From assembly GCA_031288355.1 (NCBI GenBank), contig JAITRN010000087.1, positions 1 through 56,212 on the forward strand: 56,212 nt of DNA, given 5' to 3'. The position numbers and the translations under genes were made by a program. The DNA is from Candidatus Opitulatrix roisinitermitis (GTDB lineage Bacteria > Actinomycetota > Actinomycetes > Actinomycetales > Bifidobacteriaceae). The notes beneath the pieces are model-generated. The model did no database searches, was not told the origin of the DNA, and was given only the letters and a program-made list of their open reading frames with translations. This document shows, piece after piece, positions 55,338 to 56,212 of this stretch. How positions within the stretch are numbered: the stretch's first letter is position 1; each line of letters starts with the position of its first letter.

Positions 55338-55940
55338 CTAAGATTTTTTAGAAGCCACAGCTGCAAAACGCTGATTGGCATCTTGCCAATTTATGATATT
55401 CCACCAAGCAGAGATATAATCTCCTCTAACGTTTTTATAATCTAAATAATAAGCATGCTCCCAAACATCTAACAATAAAATAGGTGTTAGAGATAACGCT
55501 AAATTAGCTTGATGATCAAACAATTGAACAATATTGAGTTTTTTAGCATAAGAATCCCAAACTAGCACTGCCCAACCAGACCCTTGAACTCCAGCTGCCA
55601 CAGCCGAGAATTGTTTTTTAAAAATTTCTATAGAGCCGAATTGATCTTTTATAGCCTCAGCTAATTCCCCTATAGGTTCTTGTCCTGTTGGCGCCATATT
55701 GTCCCAAAAAACGCTATGGTTAACATGTCCAGCAAAATTGAAAGCATAATTTTTAGATAATTGATTTATTTTGGAGAAATCATCTTTTTGTCTAGCTTCA
55801 GATATTTGTTCTAATGATTGATTAGCGCCGCTAACATATGCGTTGTGGTGTTTGTCGTGATGTAGCTCCATAATAAACCCACTTATATATGGTTCTAATG
55901 CAGAGTAGTCGTAAGGTAATTCAGGTAACTTGTATTCCAT
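55338..55940 (-). CDS. sodA: Fe/Mn superoxide dismutase
   Basis: Contains LPELPYDYSALEPYIS...MELHHDKHH, plus the metal ligands in NHS.FW and DVWEHAYYL. Confidence 0.95.
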   Translation of the reverse strand: MEYKLPELPYDYSALEPYISGFIMELHHDKHHNAYVSGANQSLEQISEARQKDDFSKINQLSKNYAFNFAGHVNHSVFWDNMAPTGQEPIGELAEAIKDQFGSIEIFKKQFSAVAAGVQGSGWAVLVWDSYAKKLNIVQLFDHQANLALSLTPILLLDVWEHAYYLDYKNVRGDYISAWWNIINWQDANQRFAAVASKKS

Positions 55941-56005
55941 AAAATAATGCTAACAATCTCTAAATAAATTTTTTATACAATTATGTGAATTTTTAGAAAA
56001 TATTT

Positions 56006-56118
56006 TTTTTAAATTCAATTAGCCAAAGATAATTAACTAAAAACAATTTAATTACTTTTTACCTGAGCGAACTGTTTTAAAAATTATTACCAAAAACAAT
56101 TAAAATTTTTGTATTGAA
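56006..56118 (+). repeat. dispersed intergenic repeat, copy B (paired with 18686..18795)
   Basis: Same order and orientation as copy A. It includes the 36-bp perfect block at 56025-56060 and a diverged version of the left inverted-repeat arm (actgttttaaaaattattaccaaaaacaattaaaattt). The window ends before a right arm could be seen. Confidence 0.75.
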
Positions 56119-56212
56119 GCAATATATTTAGTTTTGTGGGGCTTTGAAATTTTTTGCGGTAGTTATACTTAAAGCAAGAAAAATTTCAAGAGTTGATATG
56201 TTTCCAGACTTT

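Noticed and set aside
56197-56212. Start of a plus-strand gene (ATGTTTCCAGACTTT) at the right edge.
   Set aside because: Only five codons are visible. It is mentioned in a finding but is too short to annotate.

Overview
AT-rich (about 30% G+C by eye), very tightly packed chromosomal segment. It encodes about 50 protein genes and 3 tRNAs. I found no rRNA, CRISPR array, transposase or integrase. The gene content is housekeeping with clear actinobacterial hallmarks: WhiA/RapZ, a DUF4193 protein next to dut, the FhaA / FhaB-PstP-RodA-PbpA-PknA-PknB cell-division signalling cluster, and an actinobacterial-type CpaE-like/TadA/TadB/TadC secretion neighbourhood. This points to a reduced, low-GC actinobacterial lineage; I cannot name the organism. 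Many unrelated genes abut or overlap: rpoB-rpoC-glyQS-dus, gmk-argS, gpmA-miaA, pknB-aminotransferase and atpB-tdk. The only clearly accessory patch lies at about 16.6-20.4 kb, between rpoB and yceD. It holds a small acidic ORF, a HigB/HigA-type toxin-antitoxin pair with a perfect 24-bp palindrome upstream, a decayed ORF, tRNA-Ala, an ~86-bp tandem repeat, a DLW-39-like mini-protein, a long inverted-repeat element with a GC-rich core and a T12 tract, and a GC-rich secreted FISUMP-domain protein. The observations most worth a second look are these. (1) A 74-nt tRNA with a Leu-type D-arm, A73 and anticodon UAA but only a 5-nt variable loop, whose 3' end sits 1 nt from the ATG of a gtrA-family gene. 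(2) The inverted-repeat/GC-core element, whose left half recurs at the right window edge. (3) The 3' end of the FISUMP gene, about 56% G+C and dominated by NNC codons. (4) An atpB gene with no other atp gene nearby. (5) An aquaporin with NPI/NPF motifs and a long charged repeat tail. I did not find a self-contained multi-gene system that I could defend as novel. All calls rest on reading the sequence and ORF track by eye; no searches were run.
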